Assembly (NCBI GenBank): GCA_050273025.1
Contig: CP158635.1
Span: 4,030,001-4,094,000 of the forward strand
Origin: Cenococcum geophilum
Lineage: Eukaryota
Reading direction: 5' to 3'
Length of the DNA stretch: 64,000 bases
Shown here: piece after piece, positions 11,901-24,430 of the stretch
Layout: the number at the start of each line of letters is the position of its first letter
Numbering within the stretch: position 1 is the first letter of the stretch
Notes under the pieces: model-generated
What the model saw: only the letters and a program-made list of their open reading frames with translations
What the model was told of the DNA's origin: nothing
The model's database searches: none
Position numbers and translations under genes: made by a program

Positions 11901-14854
11901 GACTTTAGCTCTCCTACCCAAAAATACCCTTAGTAAGTCCCTTAGGCCTACTAGAATATTTAATAAATTAGGGTTGCGTTTATCCTCTGTGTTATTATTA
12001 GGTAAGTCCTAGAGCTCCCTTAAGATACTTACGGGCAGCGTCGTGCGCTATAATAGTTGCTTATACATAGTTGCCACTATATATTAAACCGTTTTATACA
12101 GTAGCCAATAGAGGGTAGGGAACTCCTTAACGCAGCGTTTAAGGTGCTGTAGTATACTCTCCGTATATTACTTAAGCTAGAGTAACTTATAGCGGTTAAA
12201 GTATCTTATAAGATCCTTAAGATCGCCGCCTCCCTATAATATCTCCGCGACCTATTTAGCAGTTCCCTATAGGGTCTCCGTTATAGAGGGGTTATTACCT
12301 ATACTAAGCTCTATACCTATCTTACTATTAAATAGGGGTTAGATTTAATACTCCTTTAGGTATAAAGCGTACACTATTTTACCTAGGGCTATATTCTCTA
12401 GAATATCCTTTAGGCTTATTAGTAATATATACCCTTTTATATCTTTATCGTTTCACTATTTAAAGGCTCCTGTCTTAAAGCGTATCTTAAAATCTACTTC
12501 TATAAGCTAAGGGTATCTAAAAATAAGGTTATAATCTATAAAGTTAGCCGCCTAAAAGGGTTGCGGGCTAACTACCTTAGTGCGGTTGTATATATTAGTC
12601 ATTAATACTGTAAGCTTATAAGCACTATATAGCTTAATCTAATACTTATCTAGAAAGCCTATAATAGATTTCTGCCACCTTTATAATAGGATAAGTTTAT
12701 ACTCTTTTACTAAATTATATTATATAAGATTAATTTCGGCGCCGCTATTATATAGTACTTAGAACTGTTATACCTCACCTATAAAGAGTATTATTTCCAG
12801 CTTAACAGCAATATAGAGAGTCTCTCCTTTTATATCCTGCCCTAGTTATAGCTAGGAAAAGTCCGTAACTAGGGCTTTTTTTTTTTTAGATCGTTAGTGC
12901 AGTTATTACCCTACTTATTTTTCTAATAAGATCTACCTCCGGAGTTTTTTCTTGACTTCTTAAAGTATTTCTATAAAGGTGCTAGATAGGTATCGGGTTA
13001 GCCCTAAAAGTCTTTCCCATTATTTAAGGTTCCTAACTTTAACCCTTCTAAAGTTCTCTTTAAGAACGGCTTTTTTAAAAATTAGGTCTGCCCTATATTA
13101 TTACTAAAGTGCCTACGCTTTTAGTAACCCCTTAGCTTTCTACTAAAAGAGGTCTAGTTCCTTATTATATCTTTAGCGTTCAGAACTACTCGTTTAAAAT
13201 CCGTATATATAGTAATTCGTAATAGGGCTCCTACGCGCTTTATTTTATTATAAATTACTAGCTTAATTCTAGCCTAAATAAACCTAATCTTCTCCTTCTT
13301 ATAGATGCTACCGTCCTTATTTTTAAAGGGCTCTAGATCTATCTACTAAGTATAAGTTTTTATAAAGTTTATAAACTGGCGGAAGTTATAGCAGTCTAGC
13401 TATATCCTATTCCAGAATAGCTTTATATTATTATATTATATAATATACAGATCTTAAGTCTATTTCTTTAGAAAGGTTTATAGCTATAGCTATATAATAA
13501 TTTGCTCTTTATTAAACTAATTAAGTATAATCTAGTTTAGCGATTAGTCTTTAATCTTGCTAATAATCCAGTATATACGCTCTTTAGTATTATCTTATAT
13601 CATTAGTATTTTAAAGAAGTTATTTACCTTATAAACCCAATCGTCTAACTACTGGGCGTTAGGTCTATAGCGGAGTTCTAAACTATTAAAGGCCTTAGCT
13701 AGTCGGTCTATATCCTTTTTCTATTTATAGCGTAGATAACTCTTTAAGTCTTCTATACCTTTTTAGGTAGGTACTAAGTAGCTTCTAAAAAGCCCTTAGC
13801 CTTAACTAGGTTATAAAAGAATTTACTTAGCTTAGATTAGACCCTACTAAATTTAAATTTACCCTTAGAGGGTTCTAATATATTTATTAGTGGCTTTCTC
13901 CTACATAGCTTTTAAGAGCCTTATAATAGCTTCCTAATATCCGTCTTAAAGGAGATTAGTATAAGGCTCTTAACCTTCCGAACTTAGGCTTAGGGAGGCT
14001 CCTACTATAAAGGTAGTATTAGTATTAGTAGCTAGTATAGGCTTCCCAATAAGGCTTAGGTCTTAAGTTAGTAATTAACTTAAATTACCTAAAGGGGTAG
14101 GCCTACTTAGCTTATAAGCAGTTTATATACCACTACTATACCAATTATAGGCCGGTAGTCTTCTAGGAGGGTTCTAGTTAGTTCCCTAGTTAGATATATT
14201 AGTATATTCCTCTAGTATTTCTAACTTAGGGGAAGAACTTAAAGTCGCCTCTAGCGCTTAATCTTTTAATTAACCTAGGTGGGGCCGGAGAGGTTCTAGC
14301 TGCTTTTTAGCAGTATTATAATTATTATAGAGGGTGTTTATATTTTCCTTAGCGTTACTGGTAACTATAGGTATATAAGAGTCTTCGAGCTCCTAGAGCA
14401 TCTAGGTATTAGGGCTTATTTAGCCATCTTGCCTAAAGGGTTATATTGTCGCAATCTTTCGCTATTAGAGGGACCTTCCTATCTTTACGCGACGGCTTTC
14501 TATAAGGTATCCGTGGAGTTTCTATTTAGGTTATCGCGAGATTTTAAAGGAGAATAGTAGTTGTAAATAAAAGATATAAACAAATAATCTGGTTTTTAAA
14601 ACCGACTACTCTTTTAAAAAAGAGTAAGAAAGATTTAAATATAAGGGGATCTTATAGATAGGGGGCTATAAGGACACAATTGGAATAGAATAGATTAGTA
14701 AAAGAGATAAATCCTTAAGGAGGTAAGGCCTTTAGGATTATAGAGATTATATACTACAGGTATGTGCCTTTAGTACGTAACTAGCGACTATCTAAGGGGC
14801 GTCTAGGGGTTGTCCTAAGGGCAACCTAAGATGTCTACAATAATATCCCTTATA
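8944..14854 (-). mobile_element. RIP-degenerated Gypsy/Ty3 LTR retrotransposon B, 3'-truncated, with 5' LTR at 14640-14854
   Basis: Minus-strand motifs: protease (D)SGAEIN ~12731-12750, RT YLD(D)ILI ~11372-11392, RNase H T(D)ASDFA ~10850-10870, integrase (DGQT)ERQN(Q)ELESYLR ~9290-9335. A-run at the gag/pol junction 12876-12887. LTR has inverted ends T(G)TAAGGG...CCCTTA(C)A. Confidence 0.9.
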
Positions 14855-17570
14855 CTAGGTGTTTATAGCTCTTAGTAGGCACTCTACCTATTATTTAGCA
14901 GCAATATAGATACCCCCTTACCGCGGGTAGTAGAGGTTTATATCTTCTAATAGGATAAACTCTATACCTTTAGTTTTAAGTAAGCTTATTACTAATATAA
15001 TATTCTCTGTTTATAGGACTCCTTTAACCCTAGGGTTATATACGTTAATAATCTATACCAGTCCCCTATATACCTGCATTATTATAACTATAATATCTAG
15101 GTTAACTGCCTGCTATAACTATAAGAATAGGCTAATAGCCTTACTAATTATAAAGCACACGCGTATAGCTGCTTTTAGTTTATATAGGAGCTAAAATCCT
15201 TAGGGGCAGTATATTAATTATATATAGGCATTATAATACGGCTCTTATATAGCAAGGATATAGTGTTTCTCTAGGTCTAGGCTATCTAGTAAGGGCCTTA
15301 CAAGATAGTAGTTTGTGTTGCTATAGTTATACTATATAATAGATAGGTAGCAGACCCCCAGTAAGGGTCCTTCACCTCTCCTTTATTCCTTACTTCTCCT
15401 ATTTCTACTTTTTTTAGAATATTTAGAACTTTTATCTCTTATATCTATAACTTAGTTACTACTTATTTTATATAAAGCTTTCTATTCCTATATTTTATAT
15501 TCCTACTAGCGCTTCTATATCTAAATCTGTTATTATCTCTAGTTCTTCCCCTATTCTTACTAGTTGGCTATATACCCTTTAAGAGTTGGCTATAAATGTT
15601 ATATTTACCGCGTTAAGTCTAATTCTTAATTATCCTAGTCTTAAGCTTGCTATAGCTGTCTATAAGGGTCTTCCTATAGGGCGTCCTCTCCCTTATATCC
15701 CCTATAACCCTTATATCCCTATATAGTCTAGTAATATCATATAGCATTACTTCTAGCCTGTTAAGGCTTAGGATAGCTAGCCTAGCCCACTAGTATTAAA
15801 GGTAGGAAACGCTAGAAAGGTACCTGCGCCCCCCTAGCTTATCGCCTATTATTTTTATTTATATAACCTAGCGTATAGTTATTCTCGTAGCTGTTAAGCC
15901 CTTACCTTCTGTCTCCTGTATTTAATACAGTCTTCTCTCTCCTACGCCTTATATGTGCTTTAGTAGCAGTTTACGCATTTTATTTAGTCTTAATTTAAGT
16001 AGTATCTTATATTATTGGGGCCTATATAGTGGCCGCAGCACACCTATACTGCGTATATAGATTAGGTATATCCCTATTATACGCAGCAATAGTATTATTT
16101 TAGGCGAAGTTTATAGTTATAGAGCCTTACGTCATATATAAGGCTATTTATAATAATACCTTTTTAGATAAGGAGTTTTTGCATTTCTAGTATATGTGTA
16201 CTAATAATAAGGGAGCTATACGTTCGACTAGCGTCTCCCTAGCGAGTCTCTAGCGACCCTTATATCCTTATTATTCTTATTATATACTTAGTTTGCATTT
16301 TCCTATTAAAGCTATTAGATTTAGGTAATCTTAAGTCCTAGTATAAGGCGTTCTATTTGTTTTACTATCTTATATATAGTTACTATATTATCTGCCTAGC
16401 GTTCTTTTTCTACCCTAAGGCTTAGGGGGACCGCTAGGATTTTAACTGGGTAATCTTTATAAAGCACTTTTATACTAATACGTTCTCCTAGCCTATCCCC
16501 TACCTTTATAGCTCATTCCTTTGTCTATTAGTCCCTTAGGGCAACTCTAATATCTCCGCTCCTAAGGTGTTAAACTATAATAGCGTTATAGACCTCTTTG
16601 CGAATCTCTATAAGGACTTCTATTTCTAATTATCCCCTAAGCCCCTCTACCTTTTTTATGTTTAGTTATATTATAATTATATACCCAGTTATTATCTTTA
16701 GGGGGGTAGGTACCCTATACTGTAAAAGCGTAGCTACGGCAGCCTAGGTGCGGTTTGCCGGTAAAAAGGAATTTTATTTATTTTTAATTTTGCTTAGCTG
16801 TTAGAGGATTTAATTAAGGGTTTGCTAGAGGGGCGCCTAAGGTTTACTAAACTAGCGGAGCCATTCTGCTAACTATATTAGTTTATTATAGCTAACGGTT
16901 ACTCCCCTATAACTGCAGATACTAAACGCGTCTAATAGGCTTTGTATTTTATTAGATGCCTTCTTAATAGAGGTCTTCCCACTTTATAGTGTAGTATTCG
17001 CCCGTTCTTATTATGGAGGTCTATTACTAGGCGTAGTTCTAGTGGACACGCGCGAATATAAACTACCGTCGCTTGATATATGCCTCCCCTATAATGCATA
17101 TATCTTAACGGGGTTCTCTAGGTATTTTTTAGGGTTCTTTTAGTTAGTTTTGGTCTTTTTGGGCTAGGTGTAGTAAAAGCTCCTAGTCCGCTAGGCTCTG
17201 TTATTATAAATCTAGCTATATATAAATAGCCTATAACCTATCTATAAGGTACTAGCGACCTGCCTATATAAATAAGCTTTTAGAATATTTCTAGTCTACT
17301 AAATTTAGGTAATAGTATTAAGCCCTACTAGCTTTACCTATTAAATAGACTAATTAGGATTTTCTATGCTAGGTATAAAAAATTGCTATTAGCTCGGTTA
17401 AATGCGAGGAAGTTTTAGTACGGTAAATCTAACTAATTAGACAACTTTAACTACTAGTTAAAGTTCCTTAATATCTTTTCGCCGCGTATATATACTACCC
17501 GTCTCTTTATACGCAAAATTAAGACGCTCTTTCCCCTCTAAATTTTTTCCTTACTAAGGTTTTTTATAGG
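14855..17570 (-). mobile_element. RIP-degenerated Tad1-like LINE (5' UTR, ORF1 with three zinc knuckles, start of ORF2 AP endonuclease), truncated by element B
   Basis: Minus strand shows a Cys/His knuckle cluster at ~15930-16100. Endonuclease motifs SII(Q)YN...ILAI(Q)EP lie at ~15235-15345 and LL(G)D(M)NL(HH)PR(W)GG at ~14910-14955. Confidence 0.85.
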
Positions 17571-17579
17571 GTTTTATTA

Positions 17580-17856
17580 AGGCTTAAGTATATAAAGAAT
17601 TAGGAACAACCCTTTTTAATAAGGGGGGCATTATTAGGTAAAACCTAAGTAGATAGTTATATAGCCGTAAGGTATGGGCGACCTTAAGGCAACCTAGGGG
17701 TAACTCGCCCGTAAGGTACGTACTCTATATATACCTAGGGAAAACCCTTCCTACCTCGTATATAGACTCCTTCTTTTCCTTTAAGGATTTATCTCTGTCT
17801 ATACAATATACCTATTGTTCTATTATTAGACTCCCTATTTATATCCTTACCTTATA
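17580..17856 (+). mobile_element. 3' remnant of LTR element D (PPT plus LTR 17632-17856)
   Basis: Purine tract AAGGGGGG at 17621. LTR ends ...TTACCTTATA and shares TTAAGGATTTATCTCT with the reverse complement of the element B LTR. It abuts the RNase H of element C. Confidence 0.65.
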
Positions 17857-20288
17857 CCCGGCTAAGTGTAACTATAAAATATATAATAAGGAAATGCTAG
17901 CTATAATCTAATTATTATTCTAATAGCGCGTAAGGCTTAAAAGCATAAATTTCTAAATTAGGATATATATAGATTATAAAGCCCTAGAGTATTTTATAAT
18001 AATAAAGTAACTTACTAGTTAATGGGCTAAAATACTTTTCTAATTCTTTTTTACAATTACATATTATCCTAGTAGGTAGAACTTCTAGGCTAATACTCTA
18101 ACTTAGAGGGAATAGGACGTAGGTCCTTAAGATAAGCTAAAGTGTAACCAACTACCGGACCTTGCATATTACCCTGTTTCACCTGCGTCAGCACTACCCT
18201 TGCATGTCTCGGATATGGTTCAAATGAGTTATGGGCTTCGGAGTTCGGGGTCTACTTTCATGTATTTATACCACTTGATTTCCATAGATTTACAATCAAG
18301 TTGCTCGTTTAATTCCTACACACTGCAAAGCTTACATAAAGGCTTAGTACTAAATATAGGTACTCTACTATCCTAAATAGCTTAATCTATGGATTTTTAA
18401 GGAGCTATACTCTAAATAAAACAAGCTAGCGCCTATAAAAGAAGAGTCCTTAAACGAGCTAATAGGACTAATTAACTACATTCTAACTATAAACTATACG
18501 GCTAACTCCCTAAAGGCCCTTCGCGATTAAGCCATAAAAGGTAACCCTAATTTAGAAATAGAAGAAGGACTGCTGTTATACTAAGAACGGCTTATAGTTC
18601 CGGATATTAATAAGCTATAGATAGAGCTAATCTATAAAGCCCATTATTAAGTCTCTATAGTATACCCTAGTTAAGATAAGACTTACTAACTACTAATACC
18701 CCATTACTATTATTGGGGACTTTTATTAGATATAGAGCGATTTATTAGAAACTGCTACGCCTATAAACGCGTAGATACCCCTAGGGATTAAACTCCTAAG
18801 TAGTTATAACTACTATTAGTTCTAGTATATCCTTAGCAATATATTATAATAGACTTTAAGTCATTCCTAAAGGACGCCTATGGCTATAATATAGCCTTTA
18901 TAATAATTAACTAACTAAATAAGTAATTCTTCTCCCTCTTTTATTTTAAGACTATGACTATAAAGGATATAGCTTACCTTTATATTAACAATATCTACTA
19001 AATCTACGGCGCTTCTAAATTAATTATCTCTAACCATAGCCCCTAGTTTATATTAGATTTCTAAAACGAGTTCTACTATATTCTTAGGATTAAGATTAAA
19101 CTCTCTATAGTATTTTACCCTTAGACGGATAGCTAAACTAAAATTATAAACTAGTACCTTAACTAGCAGCTATAACCCTTTATAGACTACTACTAGGACA
19201 ACTAGTTGGAATTACTGCCTATAATAGACTACGCGCAGCTTACGCTCCCCTATAATAGTATAGGAATATTATTATTTAAACTGCTCTATGGATATATATC
19301 ACAAGCGTCCTTTAATTAGGATAGATTTACTAAACCCATTATAACTTATAAACGCCTTAATTATAAAGAAGCCTAGATATTTATAAAGAGAATATATAAA
19401 GCCTAAGAGACTACTTAAGCAATTATAAAGAAGGCGTAGAAGAAGAAGGAATCTAATATAAACTAATATTGCCGCAAGGCGGACTTCCAAGTAGGAGATA
19501 AGGTATAGGTATTAATAAAAAACTAGAAAACCTAGAGGCTAAGCTATAAGTTAGACTACTAAACGGCTAGCCTATATAAGATTCTTTAAAGGGGAGGATA
19601 CTCTTTTAGGGTTAAGCTACTAGAATTAATAAAAATCCACCCTATCTTTTCCCTAAACTAACTATAATAGGCTATAGACAACTTATTACCTGGGTAGTAT
19701 AACGACCCTCTACTACTAATTTAGATTGCGAAGGATAAGGAATAGAAAGTTAAAGAAATCCTAGCAGTTAAGAAGATTTATAATATATTAAAATACTATA
19801 TAAGCTAAGTAGGCTATAACGACGACCTAAGATAGTATCCTATATTTAATTTTAAGTACTCTTCTTATAAGCTGTAGGACTTCTACCTAGCCTACCTATA
19901 TCTCCCTAAACCACCACGCAAATTAGAAAACCGGATTAAACACTAGGAAGAAAGGGTAGATAACTATAATAATTTAGATAATAATAGGGAGCTTAGATAA
20001 CGCCTAAGGGCAGGCTTTTTTAGGAGGGGGGGGGGGGTAATGTAACGGTGCTAGGGCGCGTTAGCTATTAAATTCTGCTATACTTTTGCTAACTTCTGCT
20101 AACCAATTAGGATTTTCTATACCCGGCATAGAAAATCGCTATTGGCCCGCTTACTACTAGCGCCTTGGTGACTCCGTTGTATTTACGTTAACCCCTAAGG
20201 GCCTTCTTCTTTTTCTCTTTAGCTTAGTATCTTTGTATAGTAGCAATCTACAAGCTTTGTCTTAGAGGCATTTATACGAGCCTGTTAT
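17857..20288 (+). mobile_element. RIP-degenerated chromovirus-type Gypsy element C (RNase H C-half, integrase, chromodomain, PPT, 3' LTR 20041-20288)
   Basis: PA(E)CNY(E)IY(D)KEMLAI at 17857. HHCC integrase motif ~18630-18770. Chromodomain E(W)(E)V(E)EILAV..Y..(W)VGY at ~19740-19840. G-run PPT 20022-20037. LTR TGTAAC...TGTTA(C)A. Confidence 0.9.
18143..18336. mobile_element. Un-RIPed solo LTR (194 bp) with 5-bp TSD TAAAG
   Basis: Termini TGTAA...TTACA. TAAAG at 18138-18142 and 18337-18341. Retains many CA/TG dinucleotides. Confidence 0.92.
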
Positions 20289-20492
20289 AGTAGGAGTAGT
20301 AGGTAAAAGTCCTTTATATCTTATATACTATATTTATAACGGTCTATATAATTATTTTTATGTTTATAAAAGCCTCCCTAAAATTTATAAAAGCTATAGC
20401 GATAAAACTAGTAAAGGGCTATTAGAGATATTAGGCCTATTTTATAATAATAATAAAAGCGCTAAAAAGGGAAAGAAAAGCAAGTAGCCTAT

Positions 20493-20677
20493 TATAAGGG
20501 GACTTTATAGATAAAGGGCTATAAAGGAGATAAATCCTTAAGAGGGTAAGGCCTTTAGGATTAAGGAGACTATATACTATAGGTAAGTGCCCCTAATACG
20601 TAACTGATGACTATTTAAGGGGTATTTAAGGATTGCCTTAAGGGCAACCTAGGCTAACTATAATAATATCTCTTATA
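20493..20677 (-). repeat. Orphan LTR of the element-B family
   Basis: Colinear similarity to 14640-14854 (GAGATAAATCCTTAAG...GGTAAGGCCTTTAGGATTA...GGGCAACCTA). No matching TSD. Confidence 0.8.
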
Positions 20678-21105
20678 GTGCCACCTCCTTTTATAATTAG
20701 CCCTTAATCACCACTATTTTATAAAGGGAGATTATTATTAAAGACTTGTTTTAAAAGGGGTTTAGAGAGATATTAGCCTACTACTATAGGTATATAATTT
20801 ATATATAGTGATATGCACTAGTATAAGAGATAATAATTTGTAAATAGTTATAATAGCATAATTTAAAGACTTTATAGCGCAAGTGGATAATAATTAGCTC
20901 TTACTATTAGAGCAGCTATAAGATATAAAAAGGGAAAAAACTAAAATGCTATTAATTTAAAATGTTTATAGGAGTAAATTAGGGTTAAATTTTAGTTAGG
21001 TAATATTAATATTTGTATATAGAGAGGTACTGCTAAAATCCGCAATAAAATACTATAAAGCCTATACTACTTTCCTAATTGGGTTAGCTAGCTGGCAGCT
21101 TGACA

Positions 21106-23505
21106 CAGGCTGGTTTTTGATGCTATCGATAAGGCGTTAATTAATAATCGCTATTATTAGTTAATAATTAATAATCATCGATAATTACTTGGCATTATAG
21201 TATGTGCCTGAGGCTAATTAATTTATAAAGGGAACTTAGAGGAAGGCTTCCAGAAAAGGCCCTAATAGTCTCCTAATATTAGATATTATTTATCTAAAAT
21301 ACCACTTTGTTTATAATGTTTTAAACACTTTACCCTCTTAAGGTTTTCTGCTCCCATCTATGCCCTTTCCCATAATACCGTACGATATCCCCCTAAAAAG
21401 ACTCGCTCTGGTTTATCACTTATAGCTAGAATTAAGAGAATATTAATTGCCATATATAATAACCTTGGCTAACGTTTTCTTTATTAATCTTAATACTACT
21501 ATTTAAGCGCTGGCATCTTACTAATATCGTACGGTTCCCTATTATAATAATCTTGGTACTCGTCCTGACTTACTAGTTAAGTATACTTCCCTAGCTTTTA
21601 AGCAATCCGATTAAATACGTTAAGTTCCTACTCCTAAGGTCTCCTTTCGTATAATAGAGGACTTAGAGGAGTAGGAGCTTTTTCCCAATAGGACTCCTAA
21701 AGCTCTTTAACCTTTTTTAATACGGGCTTAACCCACTTTGCTTTCTAGTTTGCCTTAATATACTTTATATAACGGTTTAGATAAAGAATAAGGGTAGTAG
21801 TATAAAGTAGCGACTCGTCCGTTTTACTATAGTACTTATTAAAGGTCTCCTACCCCTTTCTAATTTAAGCGTTAAACTCCTTATTAGAAGCATATTTAGA
21901 CTATTATACGGTATTAGTATTATCTAATTTAAAAGGAAGTTTACTTATAAGCGCGGCTTTAAAGTACTGAATAATAATATCTATAGTAAAGAGTATACTA
22001 TTAATTATTGCGCAGTTACCCTAAGTTTCTAAAGTTGCTCGGTGGAACGGTTAAAGGAATTCCTTAATTATATAAAGCCGTTTCTAGTCTTCCGGAAAGA
22101 GATAGTCTACCTAAAGCGTGGCAAAGTGGTTCTTAGTGTAGGTATTAATAGCTCCCGCCTTTTAATCGGCTATAGCTAGTATTTAAAACCAGCTATTCTA
22201 TCTTATACGGTTATTAAGTGGAATTATTCTCTCCGCTAAATCTTTAAACTCCTTTATACGACTAGCGGAACTGCGGATATGTATAATAATATTATAAAGC
22301 TTACTAAGTGGTTCTATAACCTAAAAGGTTGCCCGTTTCTCCTTTTTATCTACTACCTCTTTTTTTCCTTCTTCTTTATTGTACAACTTAAGTTACTCTA
22401 TTTTAATTAGACTATAAAATAGGAAGGCTTATACGGCTAAATTAATAATATAACTAGTATAGCGGATCCGCCGATATATAGAATCCCATTTAATATCCTC
22501 CTCTTTTTAGAGATAGGCTTTTACTGTATAATAAAGTATATTATTTAAAGTGGCGTTATTACAAACGATAGACCTAAGCTTTTATATAATACTATAGTCC
22601 TTAAGGATTAAGAGAAGAGTAGCGAATTACTTGTTTTTGCTATAGTTTGCCACCGTATAAAGCGCGAGAAGGGCCTTTAAGCGCTTCTCTTAACTATAGT
22701 TAATAAAGTAGGCGCAGATCCCTAGAAGAAGAAGCCTATTTAGGGAGGTCCAGATATTAAGTAAAAGATAAATACTTAATACTGCTAACTAAAGTTTCTT
22801 TTATACGACGTCTTTATAAGTCTGCTAGGACTGCTTAATCTTCTTTATAACTTAAGAGTGTGCTATAGTTATAAAGTCGGATGATTCTGGATTAAGCACT
22901 TAGCAAAAAGTATAAAATTTAGGCTATTTAACAACTTGAAAAGGAAGGTTTTATATAATAATTAGTGTAATTAAAGCCTTATTAATTATATCCTAATTTA
23001 GATGTTTTCGGTAGACTTAAGTATTAATCTCTTCTGTTTGGCCTAAAGACTCTGCTTGGGTATAAAGTTGCTATAGTTAGTAGATAGTTTCTTCTTAAAT
23101 TAGACCTGGAGTTTAGTTAACATATATTCTATGCTTTAACTTAAGATATCCACGCATATTTGTACTAACCGAAGTGCTATACGGTAGTATTGCTATACAG
23201 TATATACAGAACTTATACCGAGAATTCTCTCTATTATGTGCCGTTTAAGTATAGACCTATATTATATAAGCGGATCTACCCCTTCCTTTTAATTTAGTTT
23301 CAACTAAATCGTGGGTAGTTAAAGGCGCAAGAGATAAATTAATTTTAGAATCCATAATTCGTACGAAATAATTAAAGAGAAGAATGGAGTTCAGAAATTT
23401 TGGTTAAGCGGTAAGAATTATTAATAAGAATCGATAATAATCGATTATTGTTGATAACGATTATTAATCGATCTTATCGATAATAAGTTATTGAAAACCA
23501 CACTG
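21106..23505 (-). mobile_element. RIP-degenerated hAT DNA transposon 1 (2400 bp) with 8-bp TSD GCTTGACA
   Basis: TSD at 21098-21105 and 23506-23513. Imperfect TIRs CAGGCTGGTTTTTGA / CAGTGTGGTTTTCAA with subterminal ATCGAT repeats. Transposase starts at ATG 23355 with NR(T)R(W)NSWF ~22185-22212 and dimerisation motif IP-AMSD(E)PERVF(S) ~21395-21435. Confidence 0.93.
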
Positions 23506-23926
23506 GCTTGACAGTTAGAGTACGTTATTTAATAGTTAGCGGACAGCGAGCGATCCAATTGACGCAGTTAGTTAGCTATTTTGCTTAAGATCGCAGCTAG
23601 GCTGACTGTTGGACATACTGGGTTTAGCACTATTGCAGGCTTATTAATGCTTAGCCACTTTAATTATATTTGTGATTAACTAGGAGGCAAGACCGCAAGC
23701 AAAAATGTTTAACTGTAATTTATAGACCCCACCCTTAAGGATCAAATATATCGTACATAGCGGAAGACCTGTCCACTTCTCAAGAATTTAAAAAGACAAG
23801 GACAAGACAAGTATTCCTTGAAACACTATGAAAAGTTTGGATTAGATAAGCGCTCACGCCTAGAAGGGGTAAAGCTTCTAATTTTTCCACCAAACACTCA
23901 GACTGGGATCGCCTCGCAGGTGGGCT

Positions 23927-24430
23927 TTAAAACCCAGGGTAATCACAGCCAGAGAAGTCTGTTAGGCCCGTAAACTTCTTAATAGCGTCTTCCTGACAGT
24001 CCCTTGGCGCAGCACCTTCACTCGTAAAATCTATTATAGCTTTGATTTTCATAGTGACCCAAACTCCATTATTCCCCAAATCTGCGAAAGGCGCATATTC
24101 TTTTAGGTTATCGGCGAAACAGGCATCTTCAACCTCCTTCTTAAACGCATCAACGTGATTATCAGCTTCAGGGAGACCTTTAATCTGAACACCGACGTTG
24201 CGGATCATATCCGGAGGTAGTACGATACTCGAGCTAAGCGAATAATGGACTGTACAGCTAACCACGATTTGAGTGCTAGCTCGAGGTAAGAGGGATTCGA
24301 CGGCTTTTGCTCCTATATCCCCAATGAGGTCTCTAGGAGGAAACATTCCGCCTATGTTATTTAGACCCGCACTGGTAAAGGCGAGAAGATAGGTATAAAG
24401 GAGAAGCAACGATATTTTCGCGTAACGCAT
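23927..24430 (-). CDS. Small secreted protein, 167 aa, 4 Cys (effector candidate)
   Basis: ATG at 24430 gives the signal-peptide-like start MRYAKISLLLLYTYLLAFTSA. Intronless and open to TAA at 23927. No recognised domain. Confidence 0.7.
   Translation of the reverse strand: MRYAKISLLLLYTYLLAFTSAGLNNIGGMFPPRDLIGDIGAKAVESLLPRASTQIVVSCTVHYSLSSSIVLPPDMIRNVGVQIKGLPEADNHVDAFKKEVEDACFADNLKEYAPFADLGNNGVWVTMKIKAIIDFTSEGAAPRDCQEDAIKKFTGLTDFSGCDYPGF

Noticed and set aside
9191..19490. Short ORFs 9191-9415 (+) and 19299-19490 (-)
   Set aside because: They are antisense to RIPed integrase sequence and are chance open frames.
1..23500. Telomere or centromere assignment for the AT-rich block
   Set aside because: There is no TTAGGG array, and RIPed TE nests occur both at centromeres and on arms. 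It cannot be decided from this window.
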